The position numbers and the translations under genes were made by a program. A DNA stretch of 63,505 nt, the filler included, from Thraustochytrium aureum (lineage: Eukaryota), in assembly GCA_012862495.1 (NCBI GenBank). It is 7 parts of 5 records of this genome, joined end to end, with 100 filler letters (N's around TTAATTAATTAA, not from the genome) between each part and the next. Parts side by side here need not be neighbours in the genome. Positions count along the whole stretch, not along the records: positions 1 to 24,791 come from BLSG01000182.1; 6 more parts are not named here. One strand, written 5' to 3'. Each line of letters begins with the position of its first letter. Positions within the stretch are counted from its first letter, which is position 1. The notes beneath the pieces are model-generated. The model worked only from the letters and a program-made list of their open reading frames with translations, was not told the DNA's origin and made no database searches. This document shows positions 1-12,250 of the stretch, piece by piece.

Positions 1-1741
1 CTCACAATGTCGGGCAGCACTGAGCAGTCCGCGATGCGGAGGTTGTCCAGGCCCTTGACCTTGAGAGTGGGGGGTCGACTACGGTCATGGGATCGTCGAT
101 CGGGCCCATCTTGGCCGTCGAGGTTGGGTGGTAGATCGTGATCACCTCCTCGCGGATGTGCTCCTCCATGTAGGCGTCGCTGTCAGGGTGGTGCGCCGAG
201 CAGGGGCTCGTGCGCCGCGCCCCCAAGTAACCCTTGAGCGAGGCCGAAGTCTCGGCAATCTCGCGGCACTTTTTGTAGCAGTTCACCAGGGCCGCGAAGT
301 CGCGCTCGTCCTCCAAGTAGCGCGGATCGATCATCGGGTGGTCAAAGGGGTTGTTCGTGCGCAAGCGCACCACGCCCGAGGAATACGGCCGGACAAGCGA
401 AGCGAGAAAGATGACAGCCCGCGGCACCAGGTCACTCGGCGCGAACCGCGGGTTTTCCACCTCGTCGTACCCGAGGTTGGCCTTGGCCTCCTCCTTGTCG
501 TTCCCGACGTACGGCGCAAAGTGGATCTGCAGGTCGTTGCCATCCTCTTCGGGGCGCAGCCCGCTGCGGAAAAAGGCCACTGCCAACACGAACGGCAGCA
601 TGAACGCGCCTTGCGCNNNNNNNNNNNNNNNNNNNNNNNNNNNNNNNNNNNNNNNNNNNNNNNNNNNNNNNNNNNNNNNNNNNNNNNNNNNNNNNNNNNN
701 NNNNNNNNNNNNNNNNNNNNNNNNNNNNNNNNNNNNNNNNNNNNNNNNNNNNNNNNNNNNNNNNNNNNNNNNNNNNNNNNNNNNNNNNNNNNNNNNNNNN
801 NNNNNNNNNNNNNNNNNNNNNNNNNNNNNNNNNNNNNNNNNNNNNNNNNNNNNNNNNNNNNNNNNNCTCATGTCGCCTTCCTTAAAGGTGACGCCAGTGG
901 CTCGCGACCCTTGGAGCACGATCTGCATCACATGCGCAAAGCCCACCACCGTCAGATTGTCACGCTCCAGCGCGCCGGAATCGTACAGGAAGGCGGTGGC
1001 CGTGTCGCGCCGCCGCCCATTGCGCACGGTGATTTGCGAAAACCCCACGCCGTCCTGCACTGGGCCGTTATAGTCCTCGTTGCGCGGGATGCCGCACTCA
1101 TCGCAGCCGGCTACGAACCGCCGCACGGTCTCGCGCGTGGGATACTGGATCTTCGGGTCCTCGGCGTCGGTGACGTGCAGGGGGCCGCTGCGCCCGTGGG
1201 ACTCTTTGTCGTGCTTGTCCGCCAGCGCGGGGCTCGTCTCGAGCGTCTCGCTCTTCTTAAAGTAGGGGAGCATGTCGGCATAGGACCAGCCCTCGCAGCC
1301 CATCTCGCGCGCCCACTGGTCAAAGTTGCGCGGGTCGCCGCGGCACGCGATCATGTAGTTGATCGAGCTCGTCCCGCCCAGCGCCTTGCCGCGCGGCTGG
1401 TGCGACACGCGGTTCGCCGTGTGCGGCTGGGGCACGGTGCGGAACGCCCAGTCCACGTCGCTGTTTTGGAGCTTGGGGTTGGTCACCATCGGCCAGCGCA
1501 CGTCGTACCGCTGGTTGCTCCCGCCGGCCTCCAGCAACAGCACCGAGACCTTGGGGTCCTCGCTCAGCCTGGCGGCCACGACGCAGCCCGCCGACCCTGC
1601 CCCGACCACCACATAGTCATACTCTGCCAGTACATCGGCGCCGCTCTGCATGCGTCCGCCAGCCGTCTCGTTCGCCTCGACGCCGGTGCAGCCGCCCTGC
1701 CCAGCCTGCAGGTGGCCCTTCAGCTTGTTCACGCGCTCCAT
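1..1741 (-). CDS. GMC oxidoreductase (choline dehydrogenase/alcohol oxidase family) with N-terminal PTS2-like signal; runs off window, internal gap 617-866
   Basis: FAD motif YDYVVVGAGSAGCVVAARLSE, PRGKALGGTSSIN, TIYHPTSTAKMG. A G-run indel near 69-74 restores ...TLKVKGLDNLRIADCSVLPDIV. Likely start MERVNKLKGHL at 1741; alternative ATG at 1651. Confidence 0.92.
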
Positions 1742-3800
1742 CGCCCTTCGAAGCGTACCAATCTCAGACCGATCCCTCAAGCAAGNNNNNNNNNNNNNNN
1801 NNNNNNNNNNNNNNNNNNNNNNNNNNNNNNNNNNNNNNNNNNNNNNNNNNNNNNNNNNNNNNNNNNNNNNNNNNNNNNNNNNNNNNNNNNNNNNNNNNNN
1901 NNNNNNNNNNNNNNNNNNNNNNNNNNNNNNNNNNNNNNNNNNNNNNNNNNNNNNNNNNNNNNNNNNNNNNNNNNNNNNNNNNNNNNNNNNNNNNNNNNNN
2001 NNNNNNNNNNNNNNNNNNNNNNNNNNNNNNNNNNNNNNNNNNNNNNNNNNNNNNNNNNNNNNNNNNNNNNNNNNNNNNNNNNNNNNNNNNNNNNNNNNNN
2101 NNNNNNNNNNNNNNNNNNNNNCAAGCACGCAAGCACGCAAGCACGCAGGTCAGCCGTTCTCGCGCGCAGCTCAGGCTTCGCAGCGGGCTTTCTGCACGAC
2201 CGGCGCAGCCCGCTCGTTCGGTGTCTGCCGCGCCTTCGCAAGCTCTCGCCGGGCTCTGTCGCAGGAAGGATCGATCGATCGATCACACGCACTCACTCAC
2301 TCCTGTCGTCCCTGCAGCAGTAGCCGGAGCAGGAGCAGAGGCCGACTTACTCACGGACACACTCTGCACGCTCTACTGAGGAGCGCCAGCGCACCAACAA
2401 CGCACGCACTCAGGCTCGCTCGTTCATGACCGTCGTGGCGATGAGTGAGACGCGCAAGGATCAGCGTCCCCTGCCCCGAGCCGACTCCTCTGCGCTCCGC
2501 CCTGCAGGCGCACGCACGAACGCCGTGTGGGGGCCGACGTGGACGACAAGGCCGAGTTGGAGGCTGTCGTGGCCGTGGAGGCTGTCGTGGCCGTGGCCTG
2601 GTTGGGGCGGCTTGCGGTCAAGTCGGATACGCCTCGAGGTCAGCCTCACCTCGAACGCAATGCCAGGTGCGAGGCGGATCTTTCCCGGCGACGAAGCCGC
2701 ACCGGTCCGACGGTTGTCGCGGTTGCATTTGGCCGCCGCCAGGGAATCCGGGGTCGAGGGCGAGCACCGGCCCTGCCTCCGGCCAAGCGGCGTTGGCGGC
2801 TGCGCCTCCGCACCGCGGCAGTCCGTCCCAGTCCCACACCTACCCGTGCCCTCGCGGCAGGTTCGTCGTTCGTGTGGGCGGGATGCGCTCGCAGCGGCTT
2901 TGACCTCGACCGGTGGTGACCCTGGTCACCGAGCGAGAGCGTTCGTCATGCTCGGCGGTCTCGTCATCGACACTTTGTGCAGGAGAAGCAGGACAGCGCT
3001 GCCCGGAATGGGCGGGCGGCCGCAGTGCGCACACTGACTACCGCGGACAGCACTTGTTGTTGCGCGGGGATGGCTCCCATCATGCGTCCTTTGCGGCGTG
3101 CAGAAGGCACTTCGAAACGCGCAAAGCTGCAAGCTATGGCGCGTTCGCTGTGCGACGACAAGTTTGTCGCCGGCCAGCCCTTTCGACGCAGGCCTTTGCG
3201 AGCGCAGTCCGTTGGGACTGTGCCGTGGGTTTGCTGCATGCACCCAACCTCCCTTGCCGCCACCTTTGGCCTTGCCCCCGTGTCGATTCCGATGACGAGC
3301 CAGCAAAGCCTCTGAACGAGTCTCCTGCTGCGTGCCGCACGGCCAGCGGCGAGCGGTTCATTGATGCGGCAACGCGACATGACACGTGCCTCGCAGATAC
3401 GTCCTTTTCGCGCCTCGCGCCATTCTGGCTCTTTCGCAAGCAAGAAGAGAGAGGTGGGGCAACCCAGGCCTGTCGCTCTGCAGTGAGCAACTGGCGGACA
3501 TGCTGGCAGCCCCCCGTTGCACGCGCTTCAAGACAGTCTGATCCTCGACGCCTGCTGGCTCCTGGGCTCTTACTTGGACCATTCACATCGCCCAAGTCTG
3601 TGGCAATCCGCTTGTTGTGCACAACTCTTGAAAGCCACAGCAGCTTGCCGCCCAATGCGCGACAGAGCCGAAACAAGCACAAGAGCGCGCGTGTCGCGAC
3701 GCAAGGCGGAGCCGCAACAAGCCCAGCGGCACCCCAGCGGCGCCCCAGAGTCCAGCGCTTTGCACGCCCCGGGGGGCAAGAGCTCTCGGCGTTGGCCGCG

Positions 3801-5996
3801 ATGGGGGCCGGCAAAGAAAAGGACAAGAGGGCCTCGCAGAAACGCGTGAGCCGCAGACACAGGCGAACGCCGGACTTTGTTCGGACGTACGAGCACGCGG
3901 GCAAGGACATTGTGCAGGGGTGGCTACGCAGGAAGAGCAGGAATGGACTCTGGCAAAAGCGGTGGTTCGTGCTGCACGAGCGGTACCTCTCGCACCTCCG
4001 CAAGGAACCCAAGAACGTGGCCGAGTTCGAGAGCGGCACGCTCGGGTCCATCAACCTCTGGAACGTCGAGCAAGTCACTGTCGAGGACTGCGACATCATC
4101 GTGCGGCTGGGCCGCCCAGCGCAGCCCGAGGCAAACAACGCCAACGCTCTGCTCGCCCGCAGCGCGAGCACCTTTGCACGGATGCTCAGCATCGCCCAAG
4201 ACCAGGTCACCTTGCGAGCCAAAGACTCGGACACGGCGCAGCGTTGGGTCCAGGCCATGTACGCTGGCGCACTAGAGGGCCACGCGCAGCGCGCCTTCAA
4301 CGCCGAGGGCTCCACGATATCCCACATCGTCCCCGAGATGCGCGATTCGCGCCACCTCAACATCGACCGCACCGACACGGCAATTAGGCGCGATGAGGAC
4401 CTCGACATCCACTCACTCCGCATCCTGGGCTCCAAATCCCCCAAATCCAAGGTCCTGTTCGAGTCCAAGCGCCTCTTCGGCCTGACGCGGCTGCGCGTCG
4501 GCGGCATTCCACGAGGCGGCACAGTCCAGGTCATGCTCTCGCGAAACGGCAAGGACATCGGCTCAATCATATCCGAGCCCCTGGAGGCGTACGGGAGCGC
4601 AGACGACATGACGACCAGCACGTACAACGTCTTCCTTGCGGACCACGCGCTGTCTATGGACGCGGTCAAGGTGGTTCTTGAGCAGGACACGCTGCAGGCA
4701 ATGCGCCACGCGGCGCTGCGCCAGGAGGCTGCCCTAGCGTCGCTTTCGGTGCTGGTCGTGCTGGTCGCCGCCCTCGGGCCGCTAGTGGGGCTGGCCGTGA
4801 GCGTGGCTGCGGGCGTGGCCAGCCTCGCGGTCCTGTTCGCCATCAACAGGAATGCGCTCATCGTTACGAGCGTCAACGTGGTGCCCATGATCGAGGCGCG
4901 CGCCACGCTCGAGCGCCTCGGGCGCGGCTCGAAGCGGATCAGCGCAAAGCGCCGCGAAAGCGCAAAGCGCGGGTCTGGGGCCGGACTGCGCCCAGAGCCA
5001 GGTGCCGGCGAGGGCGCCCGCGCCGCCGCCGACGAGGACGAGGACGAGGACGACGGCGTCGCCGGCGACCAGGTCGGCGACGGGCCCGAGCTGAGCGCCA
5101 AGGAGCAGAGCTCTCTAGCAGAGCTGCGAGAACTCGTGAGCGACTTGCTCGAGACCAGCGACCCCGCGGCCCGCGCTGTCTACGAAAAGTTCATCCAGCA
5201 CGACTGGCGCCTCGTCCGGTTCCTGCGCGCGCGCAACCTCAGCGTCAAGAAGGCCGAAAAGCTTTTGCGCAAGTCGCTCGATTGGCGGGTCGAGTACGCG
5301 GCCGAGCAGATTCACGACCGGTTCACGCCGCCGGACTGGCTCTTGGAGTACTTTGGTGCGCAGCAAGTCATCGACATCCTGCGTGACGGAGGGGACCGCC
5401 TGCCGTGGTACTTTTTGGACAAGCGAGGTTCGCTCGGGCTCTTTCTCCGCTCTGGCCGCCTCAACCAGCGCAAGTTGTTCCGCAAGCTCGACAGTGATGG
5501 CGAGCGCCTCTTCGAGATTGGTGTCTGGCTGTTCCAGATGATTCAGAACGACCTCGACAAGCACTTCGAGAACAACAAGGGGCGCGTGTCGACGCAGGTC
5601 AGCCTCGTCGTGGACCTGGAGGGGTTCCAGATGAGCAACCAGATCCCAATCAATCAGGCCCTGGGCCTTGCTCGCCGCTACCTCCCAAAGCTTCTCGACG
5701 CGTACCCCGAGGTCTTGGGTCGCGTTGTTGTCGTCAACGCGCCCTGGCTCTTCCACTCGGTCTGGAACCTGTTCACGCCGTTCCTCCCGGAGCGCGTGCT
5801 CAGCAAGATCACGATCCTCGGCTCCAACCAGCGCCAGTGGTCGCGCCGTATCGGCTCAGTCTTCGACGTGACCCAGGCGCCCGTGGCGTACGGCGGCGTC
5901 TACATCGAGGAGGACGGCGACCCGTACTGCCCAAACCGCGTGCCGTGCCGCGGCCCACACCTCCCGGACAAGGGCGCCTCGCTCCTCGACCCCTAG
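3801..5996 (+). CDS. PH domain + hydrophobic membrane segment + CRAL-TRIO/Sec14 lipid-binding protein (731 aa)
   Basis: PH: QGWLRRKSRNGLWQKRWFVL...AQRWVQAM. Hydrophobic stretch LASLSVLVVLVAALGPLVGLAVSVAAGVASLAVLFAI. CRAL-TRIO: LVRFLRARNLSVKKAEKLL, VVDLEGF, YPEVLGRVVVVNAPWLF. First ATG at 3801. Confidence 0.88.
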   Translation: MGAGKEKDKRASQKRVSRRHRRTPDFVRTYEHAGKDIVQGWLRRKSRNGLWQKRWFVLHERYLSHLRKEPKNVAEFESGTLGSINLWNVEQVTVEDCDIIVRLGRPAQPEANNANALLARSASTFARMLSIAQDQVTLRAKDSDTAQRWVQAMYAGALEGHAQRAFNAEGSTISHIVPEMRDSRHLNIDRTDTAIRRDEDLDIHSLRILGSKSPKSKVLFESKRLFGLTRLRVGGIPRGGTVQVMLSRNGKDIGSIISEPLEAYGSADDMTTSTYNVFLADHALSMDAVKVVLEQDTLQAMRHAALRQEAALASLSVLVVLVAALGPLVGLAVSVAAGVASLAVLFAINRNALIVTSVNVVPMIEARATLERLGRGSKRISAKRRESAKRGSGAGLRPEPGAGEGARAAADEDEDEDDGVAGDQVGDGPELSAKEQSSLAELRELVSDLLETSDPAARAVYEKFIQHDWRLVRFLRARNLSVKKAEKLLRKSLDWRVEYAAEQIHDRFTPPDWLLEYFGAQQVIDILRDGGDRLPWYFLDKRGSLGLFLRSGRLNQRKLFRKLDSDGERLFEIGVWLFQMIQNDLDKHFENNKGRVSTQVSLVVDLEGFQMSNQIPINQALGLARRYLPKLLDAYPEVLGRVVVVNAPWLFHSVWNLFTPFLPERVLSKITILGSNQRQWSRRIGSVFDVTQAPVAYGGVYIEEDGDPYCPNRVPCRGPHLPDKGASLLDP

Positions 5997-6911
5997 CCGT
6001 CCCCTCCTCGCGAGCCGTCGCCGAGCACGCGACCTGCGCGACCGTTCACGTAGATCAAATCAAAACCAACCCCACGTTGTGAACACAACAACAGCCCCGG
6101 GCCAAACAAACCCATCCGCCAACCGCAGGGCCAGGCCCTCCGTCGCGCAGCGCCCGTCGCGAGCGCCNNNNNNNNNNNNNNNNNNNNNNNNNNNNNNNNN
6201 NNNNNNNNNNNNNNNNNNNNNNNNNNNNNNNNNNNNNNNNNNNNNNNNNNNNNNNNNNNNNNNNNNNNNNNNNNNNNNNNNNNNNNNNNNNNNNNNNNNN
6301 NNNNNNNNNNNNNNNNNNNNNNNNNNNNNNNNNNNNNNNNNNNNNNNNNNNNNNNNNNNNNNNNNNNNNNNNNNNNNNNNNNNNNNNNNNNNNNNNNNNN
6401 NNNNNNNNNNNNNNNNNNNNNNNNNNNNNNNNNNNNNNNNNNNNNNNNNNNNNNNNNNNNNNNNNNNNNNNNNNNNNNNNNNNNNNNNNNNNNNNNNNNN
6501 NNNNNNNNNNNNNNNNNNNNNNNNNNNNNNNNNNNNNNNNNNNNNNNNNNNNNNNNNNNNNNNNNNNNNNNNNNNNNNNNNNNNNNNNNNNNNNNNNNNN
6601 NNNNNNNNNNNNNNNNNNNNNNNNNNNNNNNNNNNNNNNNNNNNNNNNNNNNNNNNNNNNNNNNNNNNNNNNNNNNNNNNNNNNNNNNNNNNNNNNNNNN
6701 NNNNNNNNNNNNNNNNNNNNNNNNNNNNNNNNNNNNNNNNNNNNNNNNNNNNNNNNNNNNNNNNNNNNNNNNNNNNNNNNNNNNNNNNNNNNNNNNNNNN
6801 NNNNNNNNNNNNNNNNNNNNNNNNNNNNNNNNNNNNNNNNNNNNNNNNNNNNNNNNNNNNNNNNNNNNNNNNNNNNNNNNNNNNNNNNNNNNNNNNNNNN
6901 NNNNNNNNNNN

Positions 6912-7711
6912 GTTTCTCTGACGAGCAGGTCCGCCTCGTCGTGGCCTCCATCACCGACAACGCCAGCTTTCTGCGCAGCAACCGCGGCCCCATCGACCGC
7001 CTCATCGTGTACCTGAAAGAGTACTTTAGCCCAGAGGTCACGCCGCCGACGCGCGCCGAGTCTTTGCAGATCCGGGTCGGGATGGATGGCTCCAAGCTCA
7101 GCCACTCGCATGACCAGCAGTTCTATTTCGTGCTGCAGTCCCTCACGCTCTGGCGCGAGATCATGGGCAACTTTCACCGTCTGTGGTTCCTCGCGGAGGC
7201 CGACCTCCTGGACCAGCGCAACTCGTACAGGCTGGCCAACACGGGCCAGGGCTTGCAGCGTTGCCAGGCCGCGCCGCGTGTGCAGCGAGCCATGTCGGAG
7301 ATCCTCTCCGTGGTCAAGTCCAAGGTCGGCCGCTGGATTGGCCTGTCCGTGGTCCACCTCGGTGACCGCGACGTGCCTAACGCGCTCATTTTCATCGACA
7401 AGTACACGCAGGTCCCTCGGCTCGTCGCGCCCATTGTACGGACGCTGGACCAGATGGAGGAGCTTGAGCAGGACGAGGCGATAAACAGCTACATGGTCGG
7501 CCTGGCGGGCTCCATGCAGAAGCTGCGCAAGCTGGTCCTGGCCGACTATTTCCGCCACGGCTTTGACGGCTCGGGCGACGACGGCGGCTCTTGCATCGAC
7601 GGCCGCCTCACCAGCACTTGGAACTGGTGCAACCGCCTCGAGAAGAAGCCCTTCCACTCGATTTTCATGCTCACTGGCTTTCAAGGCTTCGACGGCGAGT
7701 TTCGCGAGTAG
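6912..7711 (+). CDS. DUF2009/UPF0652 family protein, C-terminal part (5' end in gap)
   Basis: Family motifs HLGDRDVPNALIFIDKYTQV and HGFDGSG...SCIDGRLTSTWNWC; open frame from gap edge to TAG 7709-7711. Confidence 0.85.
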
Positions 7712-8643
7712 ACCCGCGCGCTCGCAAGCGCTCGCGGCGCACTCACCCTACGTAGCGTAGAGTAGAGCAGTACACTTCTCCTCACCCTCTTGCATTCCAT
7801 GCCATGCGTCTCTGCAACCCCCGCTCGGCGCCCGTGCGCCGCGGCAGGCAGAGCAGCGCATGCGACGAATTCGCCGCAAAGCACCCGCCAACAAGCAACG
7901 CCAAGCTCCTCCTGAATTCTGACATCAACTGACAACTCACAGAGTCCATCCCGGTTCGCGCGCCACTCGAGCGCATCGATGTGCATGCAGCCAGCCAGTG
8001 CAGTGACTCGGAGGTCGTCGTCGAGCCTGCGATGACGGATGTGAACGTGAGGGTTTCTTTGATCTCGCGCCATCCTCGCGAATGCGNNNNNNNNNNNNNN
8101 NNNNNNNNNNNNNNNNNNNNNNNNNNNNNNNNNNNNNNNNNNNNNNNNNNNNNNNNNNNNNNNNNNNNNNNNNNNNNNNNNNNNNNNNNNNNNNNNNNNN
8201 NNNNNNNNNNNNNNNNNNNNNNNNNNNNNNNNNNNNNNNNNNNNNNNNNNNNNNNNNNNNNNNNNNNNNNNNNNNNNNNNNNNNNNNNNNNNNNNNNNNN
8301 NNNNNNNNNNNNNNNNNNNNNNNNNNNNNNNNNNNNNNNNNNNNNNNNNNNNNNNNNNNNNNNNNNNNNNNNNNNNNNNNNNNNNNNNNNNNNNNNNNNN
8401 NNNNNNNNNNNNNNNNNNNNNNNNNNNNNNNNNNNNNNNNNNNNNNNNNNNNNNNNNNNNNNNNNNNNNNNNNNNNNNNNNNNNNNNNNNNNNNNNNNNN
8501 NNNNNNNNNNNNNNNNNNNNNNNNNNNNNNNNNNNNNNNNNNNNNNNNNNNNNNNNNNNNNNNNNNNNNNNNNNNNNNNNNNNNNNNNNNNNNNNNNNNN
8601 NNNNNNNNNNNNNNNNNNNNNNNNNNNNNNNNNNNNNNNNNNN

Positions 8644-9695
8644 CGCCATGTGCGCGCGGACAGACGTGGTCGTCTCAACAGTGGGGCCGTTCATACGCTA
8701 CGGCACCCCGCTCGTGCAAGCGTGCATCAAGAATGGCACAGACTACTGCGACTCGACGGGGGAGACGACCTGGATCCGGCGCATGATCGACATGTTCCAG
8801 GAGCAAGCCGAAGAGGCGGGCGTTCGCCTGGTCCCGAGCTGCGGGTATGACTCGCTTCCGAGCGACTTGGGCGCCATGACACTTGTGGAAGCAGTGCGGG
8901 CAGACGACCCCGACGCGAAGATCAAGCAGGTCACGCACTACATTGGCCCGCTGCGCGGCGGCCCCAGCGGCGGAACGCTCCACACTGCGATGAACATTAT
9001 CTCCAGCGAGGACAAGAAGCTCCTCTTCGACGTGTACACCGACCCCTACGCTCTGGTGCCGCGCGGCTCGGCCGGCAAGGACAGCGGCGACCAGCGCTTT
9101 GTCTCGTTCAGCAAGACGGGCAGCGTTTACACGGCGCCGTTCTTCATGGCGGCGGGCAATGAGCGGATCGTGCGTCGCTCTGCGACGCTGCGGGCGGCAG
9201 AGTACGGGCCTTCCTTCAGGTTCTTGGAGGTGATGGCCTTTTTCGAGCCCCTTCAAAGCACTCCTGGTTGCGCTCGCCATCAACTTTTCGATGGTCATGG
9301 CGATCATCCCGCCCATTCGCTGGCTGCTCGAGCGGTACGTGCTCCCGGCGCCGGGGACCGGGCCGAGCCGCAAGTCGATGGAGAAGGGCTTTGGGCTCTC
9401 CACCATGCACGCAGTCGTGGACAAGACGCACTACGTTGTCAACGTAAACATCTCTGCGGGGGACGTTGGCTACAAGAGCACGTCCATGATGCTTGCCGAG
9501 TCGGCAATCGCTTTGGCGCACAGCAAGGGCGAGGGCGAGGCGCGCGGGTTTCTAACCCCTGCGACCTGCCCAGGCATGCAGAGCAAACTCGCAGAAACGC
9601 TCTCAAGCAAGTGCGGCATCTCGTTCGAGCTCTCGCGAACCGACTCGTCCAAGGAGGCCCGGAAGCTGATACGGACCGTCGACTCCAAGCTGTAG
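8644..9695 (+). CDS. Saccharopine dehydrogenase-like oxidoreductase (SCCPDH/trans-acting enoyl reductase family), C-terminal PTS1 SKL; 5' end in gap
   Basis: VVSTVGPFIRYGTPLVQAC, YCDSTGE, CGYDSLPSDLG, SGGT, GDVGYKSTSMMLAESA. One extra T in the run at 9239-9243 joins ORFs 8648 and 9291. Ends DSKL-stop. Confidence 0.88.
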
Positions 9696-9923
9696 CTTAG
9701 CTTGCGGACCTGCAGCACCGTTAGCCCCGAGAGCGTAGGCCCGCGGCGAACCAGCGCCGAGTCGCTTCAAAGAGGATAAACGATTGCTTGTTGTTTTCAG
9801 TTGAACGAATGTCATTGGGCCGGCTCAGCCAGGCCGGCCGGCCGCCGGCGCACCGAGGAGCGGCCCGACGAGGGCCTTGCACGCCTCTCAACACCTGTTT
9901 ATTGTCTATAGACGCGCTGGGAC

Positions 9924-12250
9924 TCAGAGCGAGATGAGCTTTGCCGACTTCTTGACACTGATGCGCTTCGCCTCATCCGGGCGAAAAATCTGCTTGCGCC
10001 GAACGAGGTCCATGTCGGAGGGGACGCGGCCGAGGAACTCGATAAGCTCGAGGATGGGAACGTGAAACTTGGACCGTGGCCACACGTACTTGCGCAATCC
10101 GCGCTTGATGAACTGCCACGCACCAAACACGGCAAGGAGCAGGTTCCAGGGCACATAAGGAGCACCACCGTCGCAACGCCGCANNNNNNNNNNNNNNNNN
10201 NNNNNNNNNNNNNNNNNNNNNNNNNNNNNNNNNNNNNNNNNNNNNNNNNNNNNNNNNNNNNNNNNNNNNNNNNNNNNNNNNNNNNNNNNNNNNNNNNNNN
10301 NNNNNNNNNNNNNNNNNNNNNNNNNNNNNNNNNNNNNNNNNNNNNNNNNNNNNNNNNNNNNNNNNNNNNNNACAGTAGCTGCAAACTCGAGCGCGTCTTG
10401 GAGCTTTTTCCCGATTTGGCGCAGCACGGTGAGCTGCGACATGAGGCCCTTGCGCGAGCGCTTGGGCTTTTTCTTGGCTTGCGACTTGGGCGCGTTGCCT
10501 TCAGGCTCATCCTCTGGTTGCATCGCCGCGTCGTCATCCTCCTCGTCGTCGTCGAAGAGCGCGTCGTCGTCGAGGTCGTCGTCGATGCCGAGCTCGTCGA
10601 AGCCCGTGAGGGCGTTTGCCGCGGCGTTCTTCTTCGAGTCGGTCACGATCAGGCCACGCTCGTCGATTTTGATCTCGCGCGGTTTGACAAACAGTCGCGA
10701 CAGCCCAAACGAGATGGCCAGGATGAGCGGCACCATCCACAGGCGAAAGAGCAAGCAAAACAAGACCCATCCCAGGCACGCGAGCGCCGAGAGGGCCGGA
10801 TGGCGCTCCCACTTGAGCAGCTCGATGGCGACGATGAGCGCGTCGACCGCGACGGCGTTGATGGCGTTGATGCGCGAGATGGCGTTGAGGAGGCGGCGCA
10901 TGCTGAAGGGCCCGCCGCTCTCCATGTAGTTGGGCTCGCGCCGCTTGATGACGCCCAGGTAGGCCTTGGGCTGCTTGTACGCGAACTTGAAGGCGAGCTG
11001 GATCTCGCCCTTGCCCTTGCGCAGCGCGTCCTTGCTCTTGAGCCCGTACCAACGCGTGTCGTTGTTCTTGATCTCGAGAAGCGGAACGACGATCTTCCCG
11101 AGAAAGTCCGGCTTGGACTTCCCGCCGCGGTCCTCGTCCCAGACGCTCAGCTCGAGGCAGGTAAAAATGTCCTTGACGGGGAGCTCGAGCAGCTGGTCCC
11201 AGAGCGGGTCCAGGGTCTTGTACTGGGTCTTTGTGCGGAGCCGCGAGTTGCCCAGCTGCAGCTCGACGTAGGGGTCCGACTTGCCGTTCATGTCGGCCGA
11301 CTTGAGGCCTTCGGCCTTGATCACGTGCACCTTGAGCGAGCCCACCATGGCGGCGCGCTGCTCCTTGGTGAGCATCAGGTCGGGGGCGTCGTCGAGCACG
11401 GTGATCAGCAGTGGATGTGCCCCGCCTTGTCGTTGTTCAGGACCAGGTCGTACCACTCGTCGGTGACCACCTTGGCCGGGAGCCTGTCCACGTTGATGAT
11501 GACGTTGCCCATGGCGTCGTCGCGCGAGAGCAGGTCGCGGTCCCAGCACTGCACCTTGAGCTCCGGGCTCGTGCCGACGGGGAGCGGAAACTCAAAGCGC
11601 TGCTGCCACGACGGGTTTAGCGACCGCTTGACCACGCGGGTGGTGTGCTTGACCTTGCCGAGTTTCATCACCAGGTACGGGTCCGAGAACCCATTGCTGT
11701 CCATGGAGAGCAAGTCCATGCCCTTGATTACCTCGACGATGACCTTGCGGTCGCCGCTCGCGACGGCCCACTTCTTCACCTTTTCCTTGCCCTTGACTTG
11801 GTTCAGGCCGCGCTCCGTGCGCTTGAGGGTGAAGAAGAGCCGGCCTCTGCCGACCTTGCCCTTCTTGTCGGTCAACTCGACCTCGAACGGGACGATGGTG
11901 CCATCGTTCGAGACCGTGGAGATGTCAACATGGACCTCGCCCAGGTAGTCGTCGGACCCGATCAGGTCTTTGTCTTTGACGACGATCGACAGCGGCACGG
12001 CCGTGTTTTCCGGCGCTGGCAGGAAAAACTCCTCTTGCCACTCCGGGTTGAGTGACTTGTACACCACCGTCGACTTGTGCTTGGAAAGCTTGCCAACTTT
12101 GAACACGCAGTAGGGGTCGCTCAAGCCGTTCGAGTCGGCGCTTGGCAGGCCTTCCGCGCGCTGCAGCGTCACCAGCAGTCCTGGTACGCTCGCGTCGTCC
12201 TCCTCCTTGCTGGCAGGCCGCCTTTTCGACTCGCGCCCGCCCGCGCCCAT
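9924..12250 (-). CDS. MCTP: Multiple C2 and transmembrane domain protein (three C2 domains plus C-terminal membrane region)
   Basis: Three C2 domains each with DxNGxSDPY and D-x-D loops; TM segments; C-terminal ELIEFLGRVPSD. Single-base indel near 11411 joins ORFs 11405-12250 and 9924-11549. Internal gap 10184-10371. Confidence 0.9.

Noticed and set aside
2913..3800. 296-aa N-terminal extension of the PH-Sec14 ORF
   Set aside because: It begins at a non-ATG codon and has non-protein-like composition. The first ATG is at 3801.
128..5101. Long antisense ORFs (e.g. 128-2323 +, 3134-5101 -) and similar shadow ORFs throughout
   Set aside because: Expected by-product of high GC3 codon bias opposite real genes; no domain motifs.
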